A stretch of 64,000 nt of DNA, from assembly GCA_965116925.1 (NCBI GenBank), contig OZ220744.1, positions 2,112,001 to 2,176,000 on the forward strand, in the 5' to 3' direction. Made by a program: the position numbers and the translations under genes. The notes under the pieces were generated by a model. It saw nothing but the letters and a program-made list of their open reading frames with translations. It was not told the DNA's origin and searched no databases. How positions within the stretch are numbered: the first letter of the stretch is position 1; each line of letters starts with the position of its first letter. The DNA comes from Candidatus Poribacteria bacterium (GTDB lineage: Bacteria > Poribacteria > WGA-4E > PCPOR2b). Positions 40,912 through 50,803 of the stretch are shown here, piece by piece.

Positions 40912-43020
40912 TTATTCCAATTCATCACGGTGATTCCAAGCGAGAGGTTGTCCTAGAAGATGATGACAGAACCATTTCAGGTTTTGCGACATCACCGCCC
41001 GGGCAGCTCGTGGAGTTTCGTTAGGTACACCGTGCCCCATGTTAGGATAGCGGAAAAGTTCGACGGGAACCCCTTGGGCTTCAAGTTGGCTATACAATTC
41101 TTGTGCGTTTGCAAAATGCACAATTGAATCGGCGTCACCGTGTTGAACTAGGGTTGGTGTCTTTTTAATACTGTCAGCAGTTGCGGGAGATGCCTGTTGA
41201 TAGCTTTCCGGGATTGCATAGGGAAACCCTCCAAGCACCTTTTCTGGAAAACGGTGGAAATCGGACGTCGCGTGATACGTTGTCCAGTTGGTGATGCCCG
41301 CTCCAACACTCACAGCAGCAAAACGATCTGAGTGCATGCCCACAAAAGCAGCCACAAAACCACCGTGGCTCCAGCCTGCACAGCCAACGTGTTCTGGATC
41401 CACATAGCCTTGTTCAATCAGATAATCGACACCACTTTCTACATCCCACAATTCGCCCCTGCCTACGTTACCGTGACTTAATTCAAGAAATGTGTGACCA
41501 CGCCCATCCGACCCCCGATAATTTGGTTTGAGTATCAGAATTCCGCGAGCTAGGAACTGAAGTGTTGGGTAGAACCAACGATCCTCCCAGTCAAGCCGAA
41601 GTTGTAGGGACGCAGTGGCTGGACCGCCGTGCACCACCACGATGAGCGGATATTTTAGAGTTGGATCAAAATCCGTGGGTTTGAATAGAACCCCCTCGAT
41701 TTCTGTGTTGTCGCGGCTTTTCCAGTTAATGACCTCTCTTGTCCCCCAATCCCAGTCCTTGCATAAAGAGTTAAAAGCCGTGATTTGCTGTGTTTCTAGG
41801 GGCGGGGATATTGTCTGTATGGACGAAGATGGAGTAGGAGAACATTCTGTTTTGGGAACAACAACGACTTCCGGAACGTTGTGTGCTCCACCCGCTGCGA
41901 ATGTTAGGGTTCCTACTTTGGAAATATCGAAACAGGTTGGTGGCGTGCAGAGTGGATAAATATCTCCAAAATTAAGGGTTTCCAATTGACTAGACACATC
42001 AAGTCGAGCGAGGCGTGATATGGTTCCGTCGATGTAGTGAAGGTAAATGCCTTGCTCATGCCATCTCGCGGCGAGAATTTGTGATTCAAAATGGGTTGTG
42101 AGACAACGTAGGTCTGATATTGAGGCATCCGGGGATAGCGAATGTGTCCAGAGGGCCCAAGGCTCGTTAGAAAAGAACTCAGAACGTCCCCCGTTCCAGT
42201 TAAGTAGAAGTGTCCGTCCGCCAGGAGCCACATCCATAACGGCTGCGTTTGAAGGTAAATCTAGCTGGTCCCAGGAAAGTTCCGCTTTCTCTTTCGCCTC
42301 AGAGGCTGCGATGAGTGCGAGTTCTCTTGGGCTTACGGAAAGCCTCCAGACACAAATCGCGTCGGGGTCATGTTGAAACTGACAATTCAGATAAAGGGTA
42401 TTGACCGACAGACAGAGATCACGTATCCGCAGAGAAGAATCCAATCCATCTGTTAATCTTAAGGCGTTGGGTGCATTGGTTGAAGGGAGGTTCATGGAGA
42501 CTTTTTCGTATACGCCGACGTTAGGCAAATCTATGTAGAAGAGTTGTGTTGTTCGTGGTTCTTGACCAACATGGACGTAAGACCCGTACCGCTGTTCTCG
42601 TTTAACGGTTTGATTACTTGGATCGCTATCGGCATGATAGATGATACCGTTGCCATAGCACCAAAACTTTTCAATACCGTGCGGCACAAACGTGATTTGC
42701 ATACCAGAAGTATCAGCGGGGTTAAAGAGCCATATCTGTGATTTATTGCCAAGACACTCTGAACCTTTTGAGTCACGATGCAATACCACAAGCGTGTTGT
42801 CATTCAACCAGCGGGGCTGCCATGTATTCTCTGCTATCTTTCGTGTTTCGTTTCGATTAATGTTGTGAAGGAAGCACGTCAGCACGTACCTGTTTTCTGC
42901 CCAATCCGCAGTTCGCACCACATAGGCAACATATTCGCCGCCCGGGGCAATAGTAACCTCAGTGATGAAGGGAAAGGAGATTGTGTCAGTAAGGGTCGGT
43001 GTGTGTCGATGTACTTTCAT
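40912..43020 (-). CDS. S9 family peptidase (prolyl oligopeptidase / acylaminoacyl peptidase-like)
   Basis: VHGGP, PNYRGSDG, GWSHGG, HGDAD, GHG. Confidence 0.93.
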   Translation of the reverse strand: MKVHRHTPTLTDTISFPFITEVTIAPGGEYVAYVVRTADWAENRYVLTCFLHNINRNETRKIAENTWQPRWLNDNTLVVLHRDSKGSECLGNKSQIWLFNPADTSGMQITFVPHGIEKFWCYGNGIIYHADSDPSNQTVKREQRYGSYVHVGQEPRTTQLFYIDLPNVGVYEKVSMNLPSTNAPNALRLTDGLDSSLRIRDLCLSVNTLYLNCQFQHDPDAICVWRLSVSPRELALIAASEAKEKAELSWDQLDLPSNAAVMDVAPGGRTLLLNWNGGRSEFFSNEPWALWTHSLSPDASISDLRCLTTHFESQILAARWHEQGIYLHYIDGTISRLARLDVSSQLETLNFGDIYPLCTPPTCFDISKVGTLTFAAGGAHNVPEVVVVPKTECSPTPSSSIQTISPPLETQQITAFNSLCKDWDWGTREVINWKSRDNTEIEGVLFKPTDFDPTLKYPLIVVVHGGPATASLQLRLDWEDRWFYPTLQFLARGILILKPNYRGSDGRGHTFLELSHGNVGRGELWDVESGVDYLIEQGYVDPEHVGCAGWSHGGFVAAFVGMHSDRFAAVSVGAGITNWTTYHATSDFHRFPEKVLGGFPYAIPESYQQASPATADSIKKTPTLVQHGDADSIVHFANAQELYSQLEAQGVPVELFRYPNMGHGVPNETPRAARAVMSQNLKWFCHHLLGQPLAWNHRDELE

Positions 43021-43146
43021 ATCAAAAGCCTTTCTCTAACCTTTGGTGCTGGCTAGTGGAAAAGTCGTTTCCATATTATTCAAGAATTTATTGATTCATT
43101 AGTTGGTTGGTTCATCCATTCTTCTTGCGTTCCACCCTTGGGATAC

Positions 43147-43217
43147 ACATGTCGCCCCGCTGGGCTTTCGGGTATTTGTTTATCTATGTGCTATAAACAT
43201 GTCGCCCCTCTGGGGCT
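43147..43217. repeat. ACATGTCGCCCC(G/T)CTGGGGCT hairpin repeats; also at 48476-48496, with variants near 8103, 8152, 8348
   Basis: Repeated palindromic motif. Confidence 0.7.
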
Positions 43218-43755
43218 AAATGAAGCGATGAACCAATGCTTTTCACGTTTCACGCATCACGTTATCAACAGCTGCAAACTAGCACTATTGGTTCTCTAGA
43301 CCATTTAACCTAATGTCAATCAGGGGCAAGATGGAGGCTATTGGTCGTTTTTGTATCTGCCCGAAATCGCGTAGACACGGGTTTCAGCAACCGGGCTTGC
43401 CATAGACTCGGTTGATGTTGCACGATTTTTTAACATAAACGCGAGATGTTTTTATTATCCTCCACGTTTCTGAGACAGGTGTTTACGGCTATACCGAAAT
43501 CGGCGACAATAGACTTGCCGCGTTGGATAATGTTTTCGCGGATACGCCCGTTGTTGGTACAGTTTATTTCAACGCATTCGATTTATTGGGATAATCCTCT
43601 CCTTCCTACCTCGTTCCGCCCACCGAAATCAAGAAAAACAGTTGTGCCAAATGGTGCAAGTCCAAACGTTCAATCTACACCATTTGGTGCGTTCAGTTGA
43701 TTAACCGATAACAGAAGCCCCTCGTTTTCTGCGGATTTCCCTAATTACAGGACAA

Positions 43756-43771
43756 TGGCACACTAGTTGCT
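43756..43771 (+). promoter_or_regulatory. Sigma-54 promoter TGGCAC-N5-TTGCT
   Basis: Consensus match; palindromes at 43643-43658 and 43676-43691. Confidence 0.7.
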
Positions 43772-43867
43772 CTTAGGTAACGCATCACAATGTAGACTCT
43801 TGCATTGCACCTGATGCGTAGGGTTATTCAGATTTTGAGACACAAACCATAACTTTGGAGGACAAAC

Positions 43868-45334
43868 ATGAGTGCCAAGAAGACTTCAGGGGCTGTGATG
43901 ACCTCGTTAATTGTTCACGGGATCGTCTTCGTTATCGCAGGTATCTATCTCGTTACCCAAACCCAGCAGTTCAGAGACCGGTTCGGTGCCGAAGTGCTAC
44001 AAGCCAAAGAGCCCCCCAAACCGCAAGTTCGTAAACCGGTTTTCAAAACAGTTAAGCCAACGGTTCCAACCACAAATACGATGGTTGTTAAACCAATTAA
44101 ACTTAAACACAGGGTTACAAGCGTGCGTACGACCTCCATACAGCCAGAAACGGTCCTGGACTTTTCCAATAAAGTGGTGAAGTTGGAGGATCCCATCAAC
44201 CCCAATATACCTAAAGTGGTCAACGCCAATGCGCCGGTGCCGCAATATATAACACATGCGGACTTACCTGTTTCTGACGCTCCCGGCGCACTCGCATTTT
44301 CCTCACCCGTCGCAACGGCGCCAAGTGCCGCACCCGCTAACATTGGTCGTGGTATTGGCGGTGTCGTGCAGGTGAAGGTCGCTTTTGAACGTCCGGCTGG
44401 ACTTGCTATGGTTGGACACGTTGGTGCAACCCGCGATGCCTTGGGTGATGTCACTGATAGCATTATTTTAGGTGACGCAGAAGTGCCACCACTGCCCCGT
44501 GGCGAACCCGGTGGTCGTGTCATTGGTCGTGGTGCCGATATTCGTGGCGTGTTCCGCTTCACCCGTGTCCGTCACAGTCTCTCTGACTGGTGGGCTGATG
44601 CTTCCTCGCTGAACGCGTGGACGAAGTGGATGAATGAACGGACGAAGATTAAAACAGACATGAATGTCGAGGGTGGCGCGCTCAAGTTCACCGATGCGAA
44701 CTTGCAGAAAGCACCTCTGCTTTTCATGACGGGACATGACCCAGCACTTGTCCGTGGCAAAAATCTGATGGGTCGTCAGTACGGCGGTGGTAAATTGGAC
44801 AATCGTCTGTCTGAAACTGAAGCAGCCTCACTCCGTCGGTATCTCGTTGAAAGAGGCGGCGTCCTTGCCTTTGACGACTGTGGGGTGAACGCCCCAGCAC
44901 AGGCGATGATTCGTCTGTTCCTCGCTCAGATGCGCTTTGTTATGCCTGAATATCAGGTTACACGAATTCCGAATGACCATGAGATGTACAGCAACTTCTA
45001 TGAGATGGGTGGACCGCCAGTTGGATTTGACCTGTGGTGGTGGGGAACGCACCCGCCGAAACGGAACTATCTCGAAGGAGTTATGGTTGGTGACCATATT
45101 TCCGTGTTAGTATTCCGTCGTGATTATATGTGTGCGATGGAGTCGGTGAGTTTGCCAACCCGTAGTGTCCACTATTCACCAGGTGTTTATCGTTTCATGA
45201 CCAATGTTGCAGTTTACGCATTGACACACGGCTCGATTTCTGATTACTCCGGTTATGTGCCAGAAGATACGCTGGCAAAGAAGAAACTGCCGACCAGTGC
45301 GCCAGAGGCTGTAAAGATCGGTGCCGTTGAATAA
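43868..45334 (+). CDS. Membrane-anchored DUF4159-domain protein
   Basis: N-terminal TM SLIVHGIVFVIAG, Pro-rich linker, PLLFMTGH, LRRYLVERGGVLAFDDC, IPNDHEMY. Confidence 0.75.
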   Translation: MSAKKTSGAVMTSLIVHGIVFVIAGIYLVTQTQQFRDRFGAEVLQAKEPPKPQVRKPVFKTVKPTVPTTNTMVVKPIKLKHRVTSVRTTSIQPETVLDFSNKVVKLEDPINPNIPKVVNANAPVPQYITHADLPVSDAPGALAFSSPVATAPSAAPANIGRGIGGVVQVKVAFERPAGLAMVGHVGATRDALGDVTDSIILGDAEVPPLPRGEPGGRVIGRGADIRGVFRFTRVRHSLSDWWADASSLNAWTKWMNERTKIKTDMNVEGGALKFTDANLQKAPLLFMTGHDPALVRGKNLMGRQYGGGKLDNRLSETEAASLRRYLVERGGVLAFDDCGVNAPAQAMIRLFLAQMRFVMPEYQVTRIPNDHEMYSNFYEMGGPPVGFDLWWWGTHPPKRNYLEGVMVGDHISVLVFRRDYMCAMESVSLPTRSVHYSPGVYRFMTNVAVYALTHGSISDYSGYVPEDTLAKKKLPTSAPEAVKIGAVE

Positions 45335-45374
45335 AGCCTACTGATTTGGACAGACCTTCATATTATGTCGCATC

Positions 45375-45408
45375 AAGCAGCCAAGCCATTCGCTTGGCTG
45401 CTTTTTTT
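45375..45408 (+). terminator. Intrinsic terminator
   Basis: AAGCAGCCAAGC-CATTC-GCTTGGCTGCTT followed by a T-run. Confidence 0.85.
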
Positions 45409-45618
45409 GTCTCATTTTAAGGACCTCAGGACTTACGCACTCCAGATTGTAGGGAACGCAGATCTGCGTTCCCTACGAATTACAAGGGGTGAATCGTCAT
45501 TACGAAGCATTAAGGTATTCAACCACAGAGGTCCTAGGGCTTCTAAAATGGTACCGGCTTATGACCTCCGTGAGCGAATGGACACTTTTATCCAGTCTTC
45601 CTATAGTGCCGGTCTCCA

Positions 45619-46701
45619 TTACCCCATCCGGAGGCTTCGGTCCTCCAACGGTAGATCTACCCGGACATTGCCACGGCGATGGGATTCGCGCAGTGCGATA
45701 GCAATCTCCAACGCCTCCCTACCAAATTCACCCGGACAGATTAATTCTTCGCCCGCCTCAAGCGATTTGCAAACGCCTTCGATTGCATCCACCATTGAGC
45801 TCCGTGGATACCAAGGATTGGGAAACTGACATTGGATAGGTCCACCTGTCTCTGGATGGGTACTCCGCAGTTCAAATTGGGCGTGGGCGTTGCGTGAGAC
45901 GATACGCCCCTTATTGCCGATAAATTCGAGCGTCCATGATTCCCCAGTCGTCTCGGATCGGGTATTCATGATAGCACGAACACCGTTCTCGTAGACGATA
46001 TATCCCGATCCCGCGAGGTCACTATCTGCCGCCGCACTTTCTTCATTGTCCATCACGCCGAACACCCACTTTGCTGGAGCATCGGCAAACAGGCGCAAAA
46101 GTGCAAAGGTATGGCTGTGAAGATTGGAGAGGCTGGCTGGACTGTGACAAACCATCGATCTCAATGTACCGATAGCTCCGTCAGCGATTGCTTGGCGTGC
46201 GTTTGTGTACCAGTTGTACCAGTTAAGGTGGCACGCAATAGCGAGGATGGTCCCGTGCTTGTGACAGGCATCAATCATCGCGTCCGCCTCAGCAAGGGTG
46301 CGACACATCGGCTTCGTGGCGTAGATCGCCTTTACACCTGCTTCCGCTAAACCGATAGTGACCTCTGCACGGGGTTCAGGACGGGTTGTTAGACAGACAA
46401 TGTCCGGCTGTTCCTTTTCCACCATCTCTCTATAATCTGTATAAAGGGCATCAACACCCCAGCGCCGCTTGAAATCATCTAGTTTTGCTTGATCTACATC
46501 AGCTGCGGCGATGAGGTCTACCCCTCGCGCCTCGATCATTGCCGGGGCGTGCGCCCAGGGCCAGGGGTAGTGTGGCATTCCGATATGCTCGTCGTCGATC
46601 GTGCTGCCCATCCTGCCACATCCGACAACTGCACCGCGATAGGTGTGTTTGGGTTTAGTTTCGTGGACGACACGAAATGCTTCGCCTTTGGGTTCAGCCA
46701 T
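45619..46701 (-). CDS. Gfo/Idh/MocA family oxidoreductase
   Basis: VVGCGRMG, ATKP, GAIGTLR. Confidence 0.9.
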   Translation of the reverse strand: MAEPKGEAFRVVHETKPKHTYRGAVVGCGRMGSTIDDEHIGMPHYPWPWAHAPAMIEARGVDLIAAADVDQAKLDDFKRRWGVDALYTDYREMVEKEQPDIVCLTTRPEPRAEVTIGLAEAGVKAIYATKPMCRTLAEADAMIDACHKHGTILAIACHLNWYNWYTNARQAIADGAIGTLRSMVCHSPASLSNLHSHTFALLRLFADAPAKWVFGVMDNEESAAADSDLAGSGYIVYENGVRAIMNTRSETTGESWTLEFIGNKGRIVSRNAHAQFELRSTHPETGGPIQCQFPNPWYPRSSMVDAIEGVCKSLEAGEELICPGEFGREALEIAIALRESHRRGNVRVDLPLEDRSLRMG

Positions 46702-46776
46702 GAGTTTTTCCTTTCGGTATCAGTTCTTGGAGACCGATGCGTAAAGTGTGAACCCAAAACGCGAAGTACCCATTTC

Positions 46777-47487
46777 CTACGTTTCACGGTTCACACTTGA
46801 TGCCTTCTCTGCCTCGCTTCCGTTTCCGACTTTTGCTTTCAACGCTGCGAGATCATCCTCAACGTTGCCCTTCGTCTCTAACGCTGCAAACTCATCTTCG
46901 AGGGGATCCTTCTCAAAATCAGCCATTTCAGCGGCAGCATCCGCCCTGGCTTCCATATCACCAACCTTCTGCTCCATCCGCTCAAAGGTGTCAAAGGCAC
47001 TGCTATCTTTCATACCCGCCATCGTTTCATGGATCTGTTTTTGCGCTTTAGCTCGTTTCTGGCGCGCAATCAACAGATGCTTCTTACGGTCCGCTTCACC
47101 AATTTTCAGTTCCAGTGCTTTCAGATGTTCCTTGAGTTGATCAACTGCCTGTCGCTGCTTGTCCCACTGGATCTTGTACTCATCTGCGAGTTGCTGCGCC
47201 TCATTTCGTCGTGCCAAAGCTTCTCGCGCCAAGTCGTCGCGCTCTTTCTGAACGGCGGTGGCGGCTTTATCTTCCCAACCCTTGGCTTGTTCGGCAGTTT
47301 CCTGATACTGTCTCTGAAGACGTTTTTCATCGGCAATGGCGGCAGCTACCTTCTGCTTCGTGTCGATAAGCTGCTCTTTCATTTCGATGGTAATTTGATT
47401 GAGAACCTTTTCCGGATCTTCCGCCTTGGTTAACGCTTCGTTCACATTGGCTTTGAAGATTGTGGAGATTCGACTGAAGACACTCAT
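46777..47487 (-). CDS. pspA: PspA/IM30 family protein
   Basis: MSVFSRISTIFKANVN...AEDPEKVL, DDLAREAL, coiled coil, FERMEQKV. Confidence 0.9.
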   Translation of the reverse strand: MSVFSRISTIFKANVNEALTKAEDPEKVLNQITIEMKEQLIDTKQKVAAAIADEKRLQRQYQETAEQAKGWEDKAATAVQKERDDLAREALARRNEAQQLADEYKIQWDKQRQAVDQLKEHLKALELKIGEADRKKHLLIARQKRAKAQKQIHETMAGMKDSSAFDTFERMEQKVGDMEARADAAAEMADFEKDPLEDEFAALETKGNVEDDLAALKAKVGNGSEAEKASSVNRET

Positions 47488-47565
47488 TTTACTATCCCTC
47501 CGTGTTATAGGCTGCGATGTAAGTGAATTGAACCGCCGAGCGGTTCATGAAATCGCTTTTGATGA

Positions 47566-47581
47566 TGCAAGGGAATTGCCA
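47566..47581 (-). promoter_or_regulatory. Sigma-54 promoter TGGCAA-N5-TTGCA upstream of pspA
   Basis: Minus-strand match about 80 bp before the ATG; pspA is sigma-54 dependent in E. coli. Confidence 0.7.
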
Positions 47582-47616
47582 TTCAGTCTTGTTGAATCTA
47601 AACATACCACAGCAGC

Positions 47617-48261
47617 TTACGCTTCGTTGCTTCCAGAGGACTGTAGTTCCAACCGCCCTAGCTCAATCAGACTTTCTAAGTCCTGCATGTCTTCAGGGAC
47701 ATGTTGGGCAAATAGCATACGCACCGCATCCAATGTTGCCTCTCCGGCCTGTCCCAACATTCGGGTCACATCGGCAATATCTTGAACCCGACCCGCCCGA
47801 AGTTTTATGAGAACGAGGTACGGTAAGGGAATAATTGGTAAGCCCTGACCATCCCGGTTCGCTTGTGCATCGGCGATGGCCTCTGTCCACCATATATCGG
47901 CACCTTCTAATATGTCTATCGATTCGCCATTGGGAGTAGTCCATGATGAGCCGCCAATGCTCAACTCCCCTCGGTAGGTGAACCCTGCTTCGGCGAGTTT
48001 TCGGCGTACCTGTGAACCATCAACAGTCCGAATCACGATATCCAGATCCTGAGTCATTCGCTCTGGCATATACAATCGTGTTGCCACTGCACCGACCACT
48101 GCCCATTGAATGGGTGATAGAATTGAAGTGAGATCTGGCCACATCATTTGTGTTGTCCGTCCTCTAAGGAAGTTGAGATGGCTGCCCGTGCCCGGGGCTC
48201 GCTTCCGCTGGGCAATTTTGATCAGAATCTTCCGGGAGTGTTTGCGAATGTCGGTTTTCAT
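47617..48261 (-). CDS. Nucleotidyltransferase-fold hypothetical protein
   Basis: WAVVGAVA...RMTQDLDIV, LVLIKLRAGRVQDIADV. Confidence 0.65.
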   Translation of the reverse strand: MKTDIRKHSRKILIKIAQRKRAPGTGSHLNFLRGRTTQMMWPDLTSILSPIQWAVVGAVATRLYMPERMTQDLDIVIRTVDGSQVRRKLAEAGFTYRGELSIGGSSWTTPNGESIDILEGADIWWTEAIADAQANRDGQGLPIIPLPYLVLIKLRAGRVQDIADVTRMLGQAGEATLDAVRMLFAQHVPEDMQDLESLIELGRLELQSSGSNEA

Positions 48262-48438
48262 AGCAATATCACCAATGGCACTGTTGTTGCCTGAATCTCA
48301 GATGAATGGTATTATACAACCAAATCCCGTACGTGTAAAGGGCATCTTGATTTTGGTCTAGGGTCATTATATCTAAAACCATATCAATGTTAAACGCTTG
48401 CAAAAAGGGGACAAGTGAGTTTTTTCCGAAATTTATCC

Positions 48439-48467
48439 TTGATACTTAACGTGTGTTATGGTAAAAT
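48439..48467 (+). promoter_or_regulatory. Sigma-70 promoter TTGATA-N17-TAAAAT
   Basis: Near-consensus boxes upstream of the ankyrin gene. Confidence 0.5.
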
Positions 48468-48572
48468 AGATTGCCACATGTCGCCCCGCTGGGGCTTTGA
48501 AGGTCGGGCAAGAACACCCGGCTTACTGGAAATAGGTAGTAATTCAATTAATCACACACATGGAGGATAGAT

Positions 48573-49259
48573 ATGGCACTCGGTTCAATTCACGACGCGG
48601 CAGCCAACGGTGACTTGGATTCAGTAAAGAAAATACTTGAGCAAGATCCCGATCGGGTCAACCAAGATGATCAGTATGAATGGCGTCCGATATTTCATGC
48701 CGGATTAAGACGGCACTATGATGTTGTAAAATATCTAATAGACTGCGGTGCGGATTTGGCAGCGCACGATGGGTATGTGATCCACTATGCTGGGGAGGTG
48801 CCGAATAATAAGGAGGTCGTATCGCTGCTCATTGCGTATGGGGGATTGGATGCACATACCAAACCAGCAAGCGAAATGGCGCGCCAGTTCATATACGCTG
48901 TTTTCTTAGCCAACGTGGGGCGGGTGAACGCAATGCTTCGTGATAACTCAGAGTTAGTCGAAGAACGCTACGCCCGCGGCGATACCGCTTTGCACCATGC
49001 TGCTCGAAATGGTGACTTGGAGATTGTAAGGCAGCTAGTCAGCAGCGGTGCAGATGTCAACGCAACAACGGATCATAACCATTTTCCCTTGTACTGTGCA
49101 GCCGGTCATGGACATGTAGAAACGACACGATATCTGGTAGAAAATGGTGCGGACCTACAAGCGAAACTTGCAGATGGCAAAACAGTTACGGAATGGCTAA
49201 AACAGTATGCGGATCACGATCGTCGCTTGAAATCGACTCTCGATGTATTGGAGAAATGA
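48573..49259 (+). CDS. Ankyrin repeat protein
   Basis: IHDAAANGDL, GDTALHHAARNGDLEIV, PLYCAAGHGH. Confidence 0.93.
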   Translation: MALGSIHDAAANGDLDSVKKILEQDPDRVNQDDQYEWRPIFHAGLRRHYDVVKYLIDCGADLAAHDGYVIHYAGEVPNNKEVVSLLIAYGGLDAHTKPASEMARQFIYAVFLANVGRVNAMLRDNSELVEERYARGDTALHHAARNGDLEIVRQLVSSGADVNATTDHNHFPLYCAAGHGHVETTRYLVENGADLQAKLADGKTVTEWLKQYADHDRRLKSTLDVLEK

Positions 49260-49329
49260 TTGCCCTATAAGATCTTGGTGAACTTTGATTTTATAGATTG
49301 TTACCACAAACGCTGATCTGGGGGAAGAT

Positions 49330-50079
49330 ATGCCAGAAGAAATTGATTTACTGCATCATGCGATTGAGGTATTCGCACGCGGATTCTGTTTTACGCGCAG
49401 CTTCACGCATCCCTATCTAGCAGAACGGGTTGGGCAAATTTGGGTGGTGCGCGATGCCCCACGAAAACGTGGGCAGTACCGCAGAGAAGAATGGATAGCA
49501 CACGGGGTAACACCAGAGGAGATTGACGAGACCGCCCGCAAATACACGCGGGGTCGATTCGCTGTATGTGTGATTTACGGCATTGATGAATCCGATCAGC
49601 TGCTGCGGGCAGGTTTCAAAGCACTCAACTATAGACTTGCGGGAACAGAGCCCATCATGGTGCATGGGCTGAAACGAATCCCTCGCTTTGAGGAACCTGT
49701 GGAAATTGTACGCGTCATTACAGCGGATTTAGCAGATCGAGTGAATAAAGCGGCAAGAGCGCGCCAGATTTTACCTGAACATCTGGGGAAAGATTCGCCA
49801 TTGCGCCAATACGCTGCGCTGGTTGAGGATAAACCGGTAGGATGGGTTCGCAGCATTGATGTGGCGCAGGCGACTTGGTGCGCTGATATGTATGTGATGC
49901 CGGAGTTCCGGCGTCGTGGAATCGCTCGTGCGATGATGGCTCAAATGCTCCATGATGATCGCACGCACGGCTCGAAATTGGCAGTACTCACCGCCAGCCA
50001 CACTGGTGCTAAACTGTATCCAATCGTGGGATACAAAGAGATCGGTACGCTCATGCTGTACACCCCAAAGAAGGATTAG
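49330..50079 (+). CDS. GNAT family N-acetyltransferase
   Basis: VMPEFRRRGIA, GAKLYPIVGY. Confidence 0.9.
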   Translation: MPEEIDLLHHAIEVFARGFCFTRSFTHPYLAERVGQIWVVRDAPRKRGQYRREEWIAHGVTPEEIDETARKYTRGRFAVCVIYGIDESDQLLRAGFKALNYRLAGTEPIMVHGLKRIPRFEEPVEIVRVITADLADRVNKAARARQILPEHLGKDSPLRQYAALVEDKPVGWVRSIDVAQATWCADMYVMPEFRRRGIARAMMAQMLHDDRTHGSKLAVLTASHTGAKLYPIVGYKEIGTLMLYTPKKD

Positions 50080-50396
50080 TGGTCAGTAACTTTGCCCGCC
50101 ATTGTTGGACTGGAACTCCCAAAACTGGTGGTACTATTAGGATCATTTAATTCTCCCATATTATTGTCTGAATCAGGGATAGACGCGGATTAACAGCTTG
50201 CACGGATAAAAGATGCTATCGACAGTTGGCACAAGAACGCGCAATGAATTGCGCTACTACAAACTGTGGGGAGACCGGCTGCGCTGCCTGCGGATTCGTA
50301 TCATCCCGAAATCGCTCAAAAAATGGAAAACTAAATAGCCTTAGTGGTACTATAAAACGAATGAAAACTGACCAACAACGAAAAGCAGGTTAAAAC

Positions 50397-50705
50397 ATGA
50401 CAGACAAGAGAACAGATGCTCAGATATTCTTTGAAGAGCAGTTGCAAGACCCAGAAGTGGCGGAATCATTCTATGAGGGACTTGATGAACTGCGAATTGC
50501 CATCCAAATTGTACAATTGCGAAAACGTCGGGGACTAACACAGACACAGTTAGCCGCAAAGATGAATACCAGCGCGCCTGTGATCAGTCGATTAGAAAAT
50601 CGCGGGAAGTGTACCATTGATACCTTAAAAAAGGTTGCAGAAGCACTGGATGCCGTTGTGCAAATTGATATAATGCCAAAAGAAAAACAAGCGACCAAAG
50701 CGTGA
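50397..50705 (+). CDS. XRE/HTH_3 transcriptional regulator (HigA-like antitoxin)
   Basis: LRKRRGLTQTQLAAKMNTSAPVISRLEN, TLKKVAEAL. Confidence 0.88.
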   Translation: MTDKRTDAQIFFEEQLQDPEVAESFYEGLDELRIAIQIVQLRKRRGLTQTQLAAKMNTSAPVISRLENRGKCTIDTLKKVAEALDAVVQIDIMPKEKQATKA

Positions 50706-50803
50706 AACGCAGATTTTTGCCAAGAGCAGCTGCGGTAGCTATTTCTCTGGAAACACCTGAAAAACAATAATGTATTTCGCCCGTTCCCATGCTCAATAGA
50801 ACA

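Noticed and set aside
43446..43700. Possible RAYT transposase remnant or 84-aa ORF
   Set aside because: Only a vague RIR...DNP resemblance requiring a frameshift, with no HUH motif.
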